Part shown: in pieces, positions 9,971-19,120 of the stretch
Numbering within the stretch: position 1 is the stretch's first letter
How the letters are laid out: each line of letters starts with the position of its first letter
Assembly (NCBI GenBank): GCA_963832165.1
Contig: CAWHTE010000004.1
Location: forward strand, 64,001-128,000
DNA: 64,000 nucleotides
Direction of reading: 5' to 3'
From: an uncultured delta proteobacterium
GTDB taxonomy: Bacteria > Myxococcota_A > UBA9160 > SMWR01
Program-made: the position numbers and the translations under genes
The notes under the pieces: model-generated
Databases searched by the model: none
What the model was told of the DNA's origin: nothing
What the model saw: only the letters and a program-made list of their open reading frames with translations

Positions 9971-10633
9971 GTGCGGCTCTCCGTCCAGGAGCTCGGACAG
10001 GTCTCCTATCGCGACGCGCTCGCGCTCCAGGACGAGCTGGTGGCGGCGCGGCGCCGCGGTGCGTGTGCGGACACGCTGCTCCTGCTCGAGCATCCGCCGG
10101 TCGTGACGCTCGGGCGCAGCGCGCGCGGTGAGCACCTGCTCGTCGATGCGGAGGGGCTCGCGGCGCGCGGCGTGGCCGTGCACGAGGTCGCGCGCGGCGG
10201 CGACGTCACCTATCACGCGCCGGGTCAGCTCGTGGGCTACCCGATCGTCGACCTCGCCGCGCGCGACGCGTGTGACGTGCACGCGTGGCTGCGCACGCTC
10301 GAAGAGCTGATCGGCGAGGCGCTGATCGAGCTCGGCGTGCCGTGGCGGCGCATGCCCGGCTGGACCGGAGTATTCGTCGATGCTCCGGGCGAAGTGGCGC
10401 GCCCGCGCAAGATCGCGTCGATCGGCGTCGGCATCCGCGGCTGGGTCACCTTCCACGGCTTCGCGCTGAACGTCGATCTCGAGCTGGCCGGCTTCGATGC
10501 GATCGTCCCGTGCGGCCTGCACGCGGTCGAGATGACCTCGCTCGCGCGGGAGCTCGGCGCCGGCGCTCCGCCCGACCTCGCCGTGCGCGCGCGCGACGCC
10601 GTGCGCAGCGCATTCCTGGCGCGGCTCGGTTAG
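9971..10633 (+). CDS. lipB: Lipoyl(octanoyl) transferase
   Basis: LLLEHPPVVTLG, RGGDVTYHAPGQLVGYP, KIASIG, HGFALNV, IVPCG. Confidence 0.95.
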   Translation: MRLSVQELGQVSYRDALALQDELVAARRRGACADTLLLLEHPPVVTLGRSARGEHLLVDAEGLAARGVAVHEVARGGDVTYHAPGQLVGYPIVDLAARDACDVHAWLRTLEELIGEALIELGVPWRRMPGWTGVFVDAPGEVARPRKIASIGVGIRGWVTFHGFALNVDLELAGFDAIVPCGLHAVEMTSLARELGAGAPPDLAVRARDAVRSAFLARLG

Positions 10634-10727
10634 CGTCCGTCGGGAAGCGGACGGCGCGGGTTCGAGTTGACCCCAGCCGAGTTTGGGTGCACAAAGAGGT
10701 TCCCCAAGCTGTGCAGGAGCCAGGGCC

Positions 10728-11612
10728 ATGACGAAGCTGCGATTAGCCTTTCTTTACGCGGTCGTGTCGATCGGAATCCTCTGCGGGCTGTCGCTCGGCG
10801 CGAGCGCTCAGGTGGACGACCCCGCGCCCGCGGGCGCCAACGACTGGAATTGCGTGCCGAGCGCCGCGCATCCCAAACCCGTCGTGCTCGTCCACGGTCT
10901 GGGCGCGCGTATGTCCGAGAACTGGCTCTACCTCTCGCCGGCACTGAAGGAAGCGGGCTACTGCGTGTTCGCACTCACGTACGGGCGCAACGCGGCGGCT
11001 CCCCCGCCGCTCGACCAGCGGGGCGGCTTCCTGCCGATGGAGCAGAGCGCCCAGCAGCTCGCGGACTTCGTGGCCGAGGTGCTCGAGGCGACCGGCGCCG
11101 ACCGCGTCGACATCGTGGGGCATTCCGAGGGCAGCCTGATGCCCAACTACTACGTGAAGTTCCTGGGCGGTGCGGCCTTCGTCGATCGCTACGTGGGCAT
11201 CACGCCGCTCTGGGACGGGACCAACCTGGCCGGCTTGGCCACCGCCTACACGCTCCTGGATCCCACGGGTCTCGGCGTGGTCGTGGCGGGTCAGATCGCG
11301 CAGTGGTGCGCGTCGTGCCCGCAGTTCCTGCGCGGCTCGGACTTCCTGAAGAAGATGAATCAGGGCGGGGCCGCGGTTCCCGGCGTCAAGTACACGATGA
11401 TCATGACCATCTACGACGAGCTCGTCGTGCCGTGGTGGAGCGGCTACCTCGTCGCGCCGAACTCGACGAATATCGTGCTCCAGAAGGTCTGTCCGACCGA
11501 CGTCTCGGAGCACGTGCTGGTCGCCTTCGACCCGGTGGTGAAGCAGCTCGTCTTCAACGCGCTCGACCCGGCCCACGCGCAGAAGCCACGCTGCCTCCTC
11601 GGATTGCTCTGA
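10728..11612 (+). CDS. Secreted alpha/beta-hydrolase (lipase class 2-like)
   Basis: Signal peptide; PVVLVHG oxyanion motif, VDIVGHSEG nucleophile, YDELVVP, SEH. Confidence 0.88.
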   Translation: MTKLRLAFLYAVVSIGILCGLSLGASAQVDDPAPAGANDWNCVPSAAHPKPVVLVHGLGARMSENWLYLSPALKEAGYCVFALTYGRNAAAPPPLDQRGGFLPMEQSAQQLADFVAEVLEATGADRVDIVGHSEGSLMPNYYVKFLGGAAFVDRYVGITPLWDGTNLAGLATAYTLLDPTGLGVVVAGQIAQWCASCPQFLRGSDFLKKMNQGGAAVPGVKYTMIMTIYDELVVPWWSGYLVAPNSTNIVLQKVCPTDVSEHVLVAFDPVVKQLVFNALDPAHAQKPRCLLGLL

Positions 11613-11623
11613 TTCCGCTCTCC

Positions 11624-12250
11624 ATGATTGCGCGGACCGCGGCGATCGCCGCGCTCTTGCTCGTGTTCGCGGGCGTCGCGCGCGGCGCCGAAGCCGAACG
11701 CGTGATCGTGTGTCTGGGCGATTCGCTCACCGAGGGATACGGCCTCGCTCCCGAACGCGCCTATCCGAGCCTGGTCGAGCGCATGCTGCGCGAGCGGGGT
11801 CACAGCGTTCGCGTGGTGAACGCGGGCATCAGCGGCTCGACATCCGCGAGCGCGGTGTCGCGGCTGCGCTGGCAGCTGCGCAGCCGGCCCGAGATCGTCG
11901 TGATCGCGCTCGGCGGCAACGACGGGCTGCGCGGCGTCGACGTGGCGACGACGCGCGCGAACCTGTCGGCCGCGATCGAGCTCGCGAAGAAGAGTGGCGC
12001 GCGCGTGCTGCTCGCCGGCATGAAGATGCCGCCCAACTACGGACCCGAATACACCGCCGCGTTCGAGGCGATCTTCCCGGCGCTGGCCGCGCAGCACGGC
12101 GTCGCGCTGTTGCCGTTCCTGCTCGAGGGCGTGGCGGCCGATCCGGCGCTGAACCTGCCCGACGGGATCCACCCGAACGAACGCGGCGCCGAGGTCGTCG
12201 CGCGCAACGTGCTCGCGGCTCTGGTCCCGATGCTGGAGCCTCGCCGTTGA
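11624..12250 (+). CDS. tesA: GDSL/SGNH arylesterase (TesA-like)
   Basis: Signal peptide, LGDSLTEGYG, NAGISG, LGGNDGLRG, PPNYG, DGIHPN. Confidence 0.9.
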   Translation: MIARTAAIAALLLVFAGVARGAEAERVIVCLGDSLTEGYGLAPERAYPSLVERMLRERGHSVRVVNAGISGSTSASAVSRLRWQLRSRPEIVVIALGGNDGLRGVDVATTRANLSAAIELAKKSGARVLLAGMKMPPNYGPEYTAAFEAIFPALAAQHGVALLPFLLEGVAADPALNLPDGIHPNERGAEVVARNVLAALVPMLEPRR

Positions 12251-12909
12251 TCCTCGAGGCGGAGTCGGTCCACAAGACGTTCGCGTCGCCGGCAGGCGCG
12301 ATCGAGGTGCTGCGCGGCGTCGACCTGCGCGTGGCGAGCGGCGAGACGGTCGCGATCGTGGGCGAATCGGGCAGCGGCAAGTCGACGCTGCTCTCGCTGC
12401 TCGCGGGGCTCGACGTCCCCACGCGCGGCAGCGTGCGCCTCGACGGCGCCGATCTCGCCGCGCTCTCCGAGCGCGAGCTCGCGCGCGTCCGCGCGCGCCG
12501 GGTGGGAATCGTGTTCCAGCAGTTCCATCTCGTGAGCGGCTTCACCGCGCTCGAGAACGTGAGCCTGCCGCTCGAGCTGCAGGGCGAAGCCGACGCCGAG
12601 GCGCGCGCGCGCGCGGTGCTCGACCAGGTGGGGCTCGCGCCGCGCGCCGACCATCTGCCACAGCAACTGTCGGGCGGCGAGTGCCAGCGCGTTGCGATCG
12701 CGCGCGCGCTCGTGGTCGAGCCCGCGCTGCTGCTCGCCGACGAGCCGTCGGGCAGCCTCGATGCCGTGACCGGCGATGCCGTCGATCGGCTGCTGTTCGA
12801 TCTCGTCGAGCACCGCGGCACGGCGCTCGTGCTCGTCACGCACAGCGACCGCCTGGCGGCCGCGTGCGATCGCCGCCTCGCGCTCGAGGGCGGCCGGCTG
12901 GTCGGCTGA
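12247..12909 (+). CDS. ybbA: ABC transporter ATP-binding protein (YbbA/LolD-like)
   Basis: GESGSGKST, LSGGECQRVAIARAL, LLADEP, H-loop; TTG overlaps the tesA stop. Confidence 0.88.
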   Translation: MILEAESVHKTFASPAGAIEVLRGVDLRVASGETVAIVGESGSGKSTLLSLLAGLDVPTRGSVRLDGADLAALSERELARVRARRVGIVFQQFHLVSGFTALENVSLPLELQGEADAEARARAVLDQVGLAPRADHLPQQLSGGECQRVAIARALVVEPALLLADEPSGSLDAVTGDAVDRLLFDLVEHRGTALVLVTHSDRLAAACDRRLALEGGRLVG

Positions 12910-12910
12910 C

Positions 12911-15496
12911 GTGTGGGTGCTGGCGCGGCTCGCGTGGCGCGAGATCCGCAACCACGCGCGCTTCTCGGTGTTCTTCGCCACCAACCTCGCGCTCGGCTTC
13001 GCGGGATTCGTCGCGCTCGACGCGTTCGAATCGTCGGTGACCCGCGCGCTCACGGAGCGCTCGCGCGCCTTTCTCGGCGCGGACGTGGTCGTCTCGTCGC
13101 CGCGCCCGGTCACGGCGGCGGAGGTGCGCGCGCTCGATCAGCCGGCCGGGGAGGGCGCGCGCCTCGCCCACGCGGTCGTGCTGTTCTCGATGGTGGGTAC
13201 GGGCGAGCGAGCGCGTCTGGTCGAGCTGCGCGCGATCGACGCGGCCTATCCGCTGTACGGCGCGATCGAGCTCGAGGCGGGCGGCGGTGCGGCGCACGGC
13301 GGCCACGCGCGCGCGGCGCTGCGCGACGGGCCCGGTGCCTGGATCGACCCACCGCTGCTCGCGCAGCTCGGGGTCGCGGTGGGTGATGGGGTCCAGATCG
13401 GGCGCGCGTCGTTTCGCGTCGAGGGCGTCGTCGCGCGCGACGGGGGGCGCGCGAGCAGCGGATTCGCGATCGCGCCGCGCGTCTACATCGACCTCGGACA
13501 CCTCGACGCGACCCGACTCGTCGCGACGGGGAGCCGCGTGGAGTACCAGCGACTGTATCGGCTGGCGGGCGGTGCAGATCCCGACGCGGTCGCGCGCGCC
13601 ATGCGGCTCGCGATCGACGACCCTCGCATCGCCGCCCGCTCGCACGCCGAGGCCACGCGCGACCTCGCACGCAGCTACGGCGCCGTGACGCGCTACCTCG
13701 GACTCGTCGCGCTCGTGGCGGTGTTCCTCGCCGGGCTCGGCGCGGCGCACCTGTTCCGCGCGCATCTCGCGCGCCGCGTATTCGATCTCGCGATCCTCGT
13801 GAGCCTCGGTGCGACGCGCACGCGCGCGCAGGCGATCTTTGCGCTGCAGCTCGCACTGCTGAGCCTCGGCGCTGCGGCGGGCGCGCTCGTGCTCGGCGCG
13901 CTGCTGTTGCCCGCGCTCACGGCGATCGCCGGCGACGCGGTGCCGCCCGGGTTCGCGCCGCGCGCCGGTGTGCGCACGGCCGCGACGGTGGCGCTGCTCG
14001 CGGTGTTCGGCAGCGCGGCGGCGTGCCTGCCGCTCATCGTCCGGCTGCGCCGGCTGCGCCCGGCGGAGCTGTTCGCCGAGCAGGCGAGGCCACACCTCGC
14101 GAGCGCGCCGCGCGACGCGGTGTGGTGGACGCCCGCCGCGCTGGGGTTCTGGGCGATCGCGTGCTGGCGTGCGGAGAGCTTTGCGACCGGCAGCGTGTTC
14201 ACGGCGCTGTTCGGCGCGGCCGCGCTCGCGCTCTCGGCGGTCGGGCTCGCGCTGACGGTGCTGTTCGCGGCCGCTCCGCGCAGGACGCCGCTGCCCGCTC
14301 GGCTCGCGCTGCGCGAGCTGGCGCGGGGTCGGCTCCGCACGGTGTCGGGATTCGTGTCGCTCGGTCTGTGCGCTCTGCTCGTGAGCCTGGTGCCGCAGCT
14401 GCGCTCGGTGCTCGACCGCGACCTCGAGACCCCGCGCGGCGCTTCGCTGCCGAGCCTGTTCCTGTTCGACATCCAGCCCGACCAACGCGATCCGATCGCC
14501 GAGCACGTGGCCGCGCGCGGTACGTCGCTGCAGCGTCTCTCGCCGCTCGTTCGCGCGCGGCTCGATCGCATCGACGGCGTGTCCGTGGCCACACGCGAGG
14601 ACGACGCCGCGCGGCCTCCCGGGTCGAGGCTCGCGCGCGGCGACGCCGAGGACGCGCGTCGGCTGCGGTCGCGGCGCTACAACCTGACCTGGCGCCCTGA
14701 GCTGAACGATTCCGAGCGCATGCTGTCCGGGCGCGCGTTCTCGGGCACCTGGGATCCGCTCGCGGGGAAGCCAGCCGAGCTGTCGCTCGAGATCGACTTC
14801 GCCGAACGGCTCGGGATCGGGCTCGGCGACACGCTCGCGTTCGACGTGCAGGGAGTCGCGGTCGAAGGCGAGGTCGTGAGCCTGCGCGAGGTGCGCTGGA
14901 ACAGCTTCCAGCCGAACTTCTTCGTCGTGTTCCAGCCCGGTGTGCTCGAGGAGGCGCCCGCGGTCTATCTCGCGTCGATCCCGCAGCTGCCACCCGATCA
15001 GCGCGATGCGCTCCAGGCCTCGCTCGCGACCGCGTTCCCGAACGTCTCGAGCATCGACGTGACGCGGGCGGTCGAGCGTCTGCTCGGCCTGATCGACCAG
15101 CTGCAGTGGGCGCTCGCGGGCTCGGCGGCGCTCTCGCTCGCGGTGGGTTGGCTGCTCGTGACGGCACTCGCGCGCGACGCTGCGCGCGAGCGCCGCTGGG
15201 AGCTCAACCTGCTCAAGGTGCTCGGCGCCGAGCTGCGCGACATCCGGCGCTGCCTCGACATCGAGTTCGCGCTGCTGGGCGGGCTCGCGGCGCTGGCCGG
15301 CACTGCCGCGAGCGTGATGGCCGCGGCCGTCCTCGCGCGCTGGGTGATCGAGGTGCCGTGGGCGCCGGCGGTGGCCCCGCTCGCGGTGCCGCTGTTCGGA
15401 ATCCCCGCGCTATGCGTGGTCTGCGCGCGCATCGCGTCGCGCACCGTGCTGCGCGAGCGCCCGCTCGCGCTGCTCCAGGCCGCTCCTTCGCACTAG
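12911..15496 (+). CDS. ybbP: FtsX-like double-domain ABC permease (YbbP-like)
   Basis: RLAWRE N-terminus, GADVVV, YPLYG, PSLFLFDIQPDQ, W.SFQPNFFVVF. Confidence 0.85.
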   Translation: MWVLARLAWREIRNHARFSVFFATNLALGFAGFVALDAFESSVTRALTERSRAFLGADVVVSSPRPVTAAEVRALDQPAGEGARLAHAVVLFSMVGTGERARLVELRAIDAAYPLYGAIELEAGGGAAHGGHARAALRDGPGAWIDPPLLAQLGVAVGDGVQIGRASFRVEGVVARDGGRASSGFAIAPRVYIDLGHLDATRLVATGSRVEYQRLYRLAGGADPDAVARAMRLAIDDPRIAARSHAEATRDLARSYGAVTRYLGLVALVAVFLAGLGAAHLFRAHLARRVFDLAILVSLGATRTRAQAIFALQLALLSLGAAAGALVLGALLLPALTAIAGDAVPPGFAPRAGVRTAATVALLAVFGSAAACLPLIVRLRRLRPAELFAEQARPHLASAPRDAVWWTPAALGFWAIACWRAESFATGSVFTALFGAAALALSAVGLALTVLFAAAPRRTPLPARLALRELARGRLRTVSGFVSLGLCALLVSLVPQLRSVLDRDLETPRGASLPSLFLFDIQPDQRDPIAEHVAARGTSLQRLSPLVRARLDRIDGVSVATREDDAARPPGSRLARGDAEDARRLRSRRYNLTWRPELNDSERMLSGRAFSGTWDPLAGKPAELSLEIDFAERLGIGLGDTLAFDVQGVAVEGEVVSLREVRWNSFQPNFFVVFQPGVLEEAPAVYLASIPQLPPDQRDALQASLATAFPNVSSIDVTRAVERLLGLIDQLQWALAGSAALSLAVGWLLVTALARDAARERRWELNLLKVLGAELRDIRRCLDIEFALLGGLAALAGTAASVMAAAVLARWVIEVPWAPAVAPLAVPLFGIPALCVVCARIASRTVLRERPLALLQAAPSH

Positions 15497-15512
15497 GTGT
15501 GCGCGAGCGTTC

Positions 15513-15815
15513 TCAGCGCGGCAGTGCGCTCGCGATCGCCGCGATGTCCTCGTCCGTGAGCTTGCTCGCCATCGCCTTGTGCTTCTCGCTCGCGCGCAGG
15601 TGCTTCGCGACGTCCTCCGCGGCGAGGGTCTTGCCCGCGAGCGCCGGGACCTTCATCGCCTTGGCCGCAGGGGTCTCGGCCTTGCCGTCGAGACCGTGAC
15701 AGCCGGCGCACTTCTCCTTGTAGAGCGCGGCGCCGTCCGCCGCGAGCGCCTGGCTCGCGCAGAACAGCAGGGGAATCGCGAGCGAAAGCGACGCGAGTCG
15801 GACCAGGGTGTGCAT
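15513..15815 (-). CDS. Periplasmic monoheme class I cytochrome c (MtoD-like position)
   Basis: Signal peptide ALA-A, DGAALYKEKCAGCHG; RBS AAGGAG. Confidence 0.9.
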   Translation of the reverse strand: MHTLVRLASLSLAIPLLFCASQALAADGAALYKEKCAGCHGLDGKAETPAAKAMKVPALAGKTLAAEDVAKHLRASEKHKAMASKLTDEDIAAIASALPR

Positions 15816-15825
15816 TCGTTTCTCC

Positions 15826-17961
15826 TTAGAACTCGAACACGGCGCTGAGACTGAACAGATTTGCGTCGTAGTCTTCGAGACCGTTGTGAAGGAAGACGTC
15901 GTTGTTCGTGCCGAGCAGCGGCAGTCCTTCCACGCTGCTGGTCAGGCGAGTCACACCGAGCTCGTCGAACTGCCAGTTTTCCTGATCGTAGTGCTCGAAG
16001 CGGTACCGGGCCACGAAGCTCACGCGCTCGTCGTAGCGATACCAGAGGCTCGCAGTCGGCGCCCAGAGCAGGTCTTCGACGTCGGGATAGTTCACGGCGT
16101 CGACCGGCGCTCCGGAGGTGTGCGTCTTGCCGTTTCCGCTGTGAACGAAGAACCCGGTCGTGAGGATCAGTCGCTCCGGCAGGATCGCGAACGCGACGTC
16201 GATGCCGCCCGTGTGACCCATGTCCTCGTGGCGGCTCTTCCATTCGAGCGTCCCGCCCGACGACGCGCTGCGCTGGTGCAGCTCGATCCAGTCGTACGTG
16301 TAGGAGAGGGAGATCTCGATCCGCTCGAGCGGGCGATAGGAGGTATCGATCCCGACGTCGAAGCCATCGTCCGAGACCAGCCCGAAGTGATCGTCCCAGT
16401 CCGTGACGTGCAGGTTGCTGCTCAACGTGACGTCGGTGTCCTCACGCGTAAAGAGCTGGGACAGCAGGTGGACGGTGTGGCGCTGATTGTCCGCCTCGTC
16501 GTACTTGCGGATCGGCGGAGTCAACGGCGCCCGGACTACCCCGGGCTCGAGCGCGCGGAACGGAGCCAGCTCGTCGTACTTCTCGCTGTCGCGGATCCGG
16601 TACGAGTAGGCCGTGCGGAAGCGCGCCCAGGGCCCGGCTCGCGTGTCGAGGCGCAGCTCGGGCGTGTACTCGTCCATCTGCCGGACCTCGCGCTCGGGCC
16701 CGCGGTCCCAGCGGTCCCAGGCGAATCCGAGGGTCGCCTTCGCGCCGCTCGTGATGCGGTAGGCGGTCTCGAGAGTCGCGTTCTGCGTCGTGTAGCTCGG
16801 CGCGTACGAGCGCTTGGTCTCGACGGCCAGCGCGGCGTCGCTGTTCGACGTCTCCGTGAACAGGATCTCGTCGCTGTGGTTGTCGTAGTCGCGGAGCCGG
16901 TAGCGGCCGCGCACTTCGAGCTTTGCCAGCGGTCTCGCCGTGAGCATGAGATTCGCGAGGAACGGGCGCACGTCGCCGTCGAGGTCGTTCTGGGGCAGCG
17001 GCCCCGGCGTGAGGACGGGATTCACGGTGAGCGGCACGAAGGTCTCGTTCTGGCGGTTCAGGCCGTAGGCGACCGTGCCCGCGACGTGGAACGGGAAGCT
17101 CGTCGGAATCGCGGTCGAGCTCGTGAGCGCCACGACATGCGAAGAATTGTCGGGGTCCGCAGCGATCGCGCCCAGCGCGGAGCCGCCATCGAACGGCGCC
17201 GGGTTCTGTACCTGGATCGAGCGGAACTCGTTCGAGAACAGGCTCGCGGTGTAGTTCAGCCCGATGCTGAACGCGTCGCCCGAGTAGGAGAGGTCCGCGG
17301 TGCCCTCGTGGATCGTGTCGTCCACGGGCTGGGGGATGTGCACGAAGTTGCTGAACCCGTAGAAGAGCGTCTCCGGCCGGCGGCCGTCGCGATCGATCGC
17401 TCGGTAGGCAGCCCGGATCTGCGAGCCAGCGCTCGGCTCGAAGGAGGCACCCACGATCGCCGTGTTGGTGTCGAAGCCGAGCTTCGCGTCGCGGGCCGCG
17501 CCGGTCACGGACGACTCGAAGGTCGCGGCGTCGATCGGCGGTGCGAAGGGAAGGGTCAGCTCACCGCCCGGTACCCCGATGTACGGCGAGAGAGCGCCGT
17601 TGCTGAAGTTGTGCGGGAGCTGCGAGTACGAGCCGAACAGATTCCAGCGCCCCCAGCGTCCTCCCTCGAGGAAGTAGTCGGCGTCGTCCTCGCCGAAATC
17701 GAAGCCACCGAGGCGCAGGTAGTGGCGGCGATCGGGATCCTCGAGAAGCAGGCTGCCGGCGCCGAACAGACCTTCGTGGGGATCGCGGTACTCCTCGAAC
17801 TTCGCCGAGTGCTCCTCGCTGACCAGGCGCCCGCCGCCCTCGACCCAGCCCGACAGGTGGATGGGACCGGCGTCGACGTCCGCACGCGCGGTCGCCGGCG
17901 CGGTCGAGATCCAGCACGCGAGAGCCATGAGCGTTCGAATGCGTCGGTGCAACGGCGTCAC
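15826..17961 (-). CDS. mtrB: MtrB/PioB/MtoB family outer-membrane beta-barrel porin
   Basis: ~711 aa, signal peptide, SAKFEEYRD, P.PVD..., terminal Phe (SAVFEF); GTG overlaps the decaheme cytochrome stop. Confidence 0.85.
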   Translation of the reverse strand: MTPLHRRIRTLMALACWISTAPATARADVDAGPIHLSGWVEGGGRLVSEEHSAKFEEYRDPHEGLFGAGSLLLEDPDRRHYLRLGGFDFGEDDADYFLEGGRWGRWNLFGSYSQLPHNFSNGALSPYIGVPGGELTLPFAPPIDAATFESSVTGAARDAKLGFDTNTAIVGASFEPSAGSQIRAAYRAIDRDGRRPETLFYGFSNFVHIPQPVDDTIHEGTADLSYSGDAFSIGLNYTASLFSNEFRSIQVQNPAPFDGGSALGAIAADPDNSSHVVALTSSTAIPTSFPFHVAGTVAYGLNRQNETFVPLTVNPVLTPGPLPQNDLDGDVRPFLANLMLTARPLAKLEVRGRYRLRDYDNHSDEILFTETSNSDAALAVETKRSYAPSYTTQNATLETAYRITSGAKATLGFAWDRWDRGPEREVRQMDEYTPELRLDTRAGPWARFRTAYSYRIRDSEKYDELAPFRALEPGVVRAPLTPPIRKYDEADNQRHTVHLLSQLFTREDTDVTLSSNLHVTDWDDHFGLVSDDGFDVGIDTSYRPLERIEISLSYTYDWIELHQRSASSGGTLEWKSRHEDMGHTGGIDVAFAILPERLILTTGFFVHSGNGKTHTSGAPVDAVNYPDVEDLLWAPTASLWYRYDERVSFVARYRFEHYDQENWQFDELGVTRLTSSVEGLPLLGTNNDVFLHNGLEDYDANLFSLSAVFEF

Positions 17962-18938
17962 CGGGTGAGTGCGAAGCCCGACGGGTGGTTGGAGCCGTGG
18001 ACCTGCGTGTGGCACTGGAGACAAGACGATCCGACCGCGAAGCGATCGGTCGGGTTGCGCGCGCTCGTCGCATGCCCGGTCGAGACGTGACAGGTCTGGC
18101 ACAGCCGGGGCACGTTCATCTTGAGCATTGCTCGCCGCGTGCTGCCGTGGGGATCGTGACAGTTGAGACAGTTCTCGGGGACCGGTGAATGCTCCCAGAG
18201 GAACGGACCGCGCTTCTCGGCGTGACAGGAGAGGCACTGGTCGTTTGCCGAGATGTTCCGGATCAGGCTCTCGGTCACCGTTCCGTGCGGCTGGTGACAG
18301 GAGGTGCAACGCATCTTGCCTTCGCTGGCCGTGCTCGCCTCGAAGGCGCCCGGCCGCAGCGGCATGTGGGCGTTGCTGAAGATGCGCGAGTACTGCAGCT
18401 GGTGGCAGCCCGCACAGGTCTCGACCTCGGTCCGTGCCGAGAGCAGATCGTCGTGCGAGACGCTCTCCATGAGCGTGTGGCAGGTCGTGCAGGCGACTTC
18501 GCTCGACTCGTGCGCGCTGCCGCGCCAGTAGCTCCGCTCGCCTCCCTTGTGACACGAGAGGCACGCCCCGTTGATCCGCGACACGGCATCGGGTGTGTCC
18601 TGCTCGAAGGGCACGAAGTCGCCGACGCCCTTGCCCCCGCCGGCTTCCACGTGCGCGCCGCCCGGGCCGTGGCACGACTCGCAGCCGTGGCCGGCGACCT
18701 CGCCGCGCGCGTTCGCCTCGCTCAGCACGCGCGAGTGCACGGTGTGGCCGTACTTCGCCGTGAAGCCGGGCTTCAGCCCTTCGTGACACGCGAGACAGGT
18801 GGCGTCGCCGACGTAGACCGGAGCCGGGGATGTTTCGGAAGACTCACCCGCGACCGGCTCGACCGGCGGCGCGTGGCAGGCAACCGCCAGCGCGATCCCG
18901 ACTGCCAGGAGCCACCCGAACGCGGCGTAGGTTCGCAT
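17958..18938 (-). CDS. mtrA: DmsE/MtrA/MtoA family decaheme cytochrome c
   Basis: 10 CxxCH motifs; EKRGPFLWEH.PV.ENC.NCH.PHGS and C.QCH..VHGSNHPSG C-terminus. Confidence 0.93.
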   Translation of the reverse strand: MRTYAAFGWLLAVGIALAVACHAPPVEPVAGESSETSPAPVYVGDATCLACHEGLKPGFTAKYGHTVHSRVLSEANARGEVAGHGCESCHGPGGAHVEAGGGKGVGDFVPFEQDTPDAVSRINGACLSCHKGGERSYWRGSAHESSEVACTTCHTLMESVSHDDLLSARTEVETCAGCHQLQYSRIFSNAHMPLRPGAFEASTASEGKMRCTSCHQPHGTVTESLIRNISANDQCLSCHAEKRGPFLWEHSPVPENCLNCHDPHGSTRRAMLKMNVPRLCQTCHVSTGHATSARNPTDRFAVGSSCLQCHTQVHGSNHPSGFALTR

Positions 18939-18943
18939 GGGCC

Positions 18944-19120
18944 TCACTTGGCGGACCTCGCGGCCGCGACCCGCGCGGCGAGATACACCAGCATTCCCGC
19001 GCCCACACAGGGCGTTCCGAAGAAGATCGCCCGCGTCGCGGTCACACCGTTCGGGTCCAACACGACGTGCCCGACCGGAATCATCCCGATCAGGATCAGC
19101 GCACCGGCCAGGCGGATCAT
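18944..19120 (-). CDS. Small (58 aa) two-TM membrane protein in the cytochrome operon
   Basis: ATGA overlap with the upstream stop; hydrophobic MIRLAGALILIGMIPV...GAGMLVYLAARV. Confidence 0.6.
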   Translation of the reverse strand: MIRLAGALILIGMIPVGHVVLDPNGVTATRAIFFGTPCVGAGMLVYLAARVAAARSAK

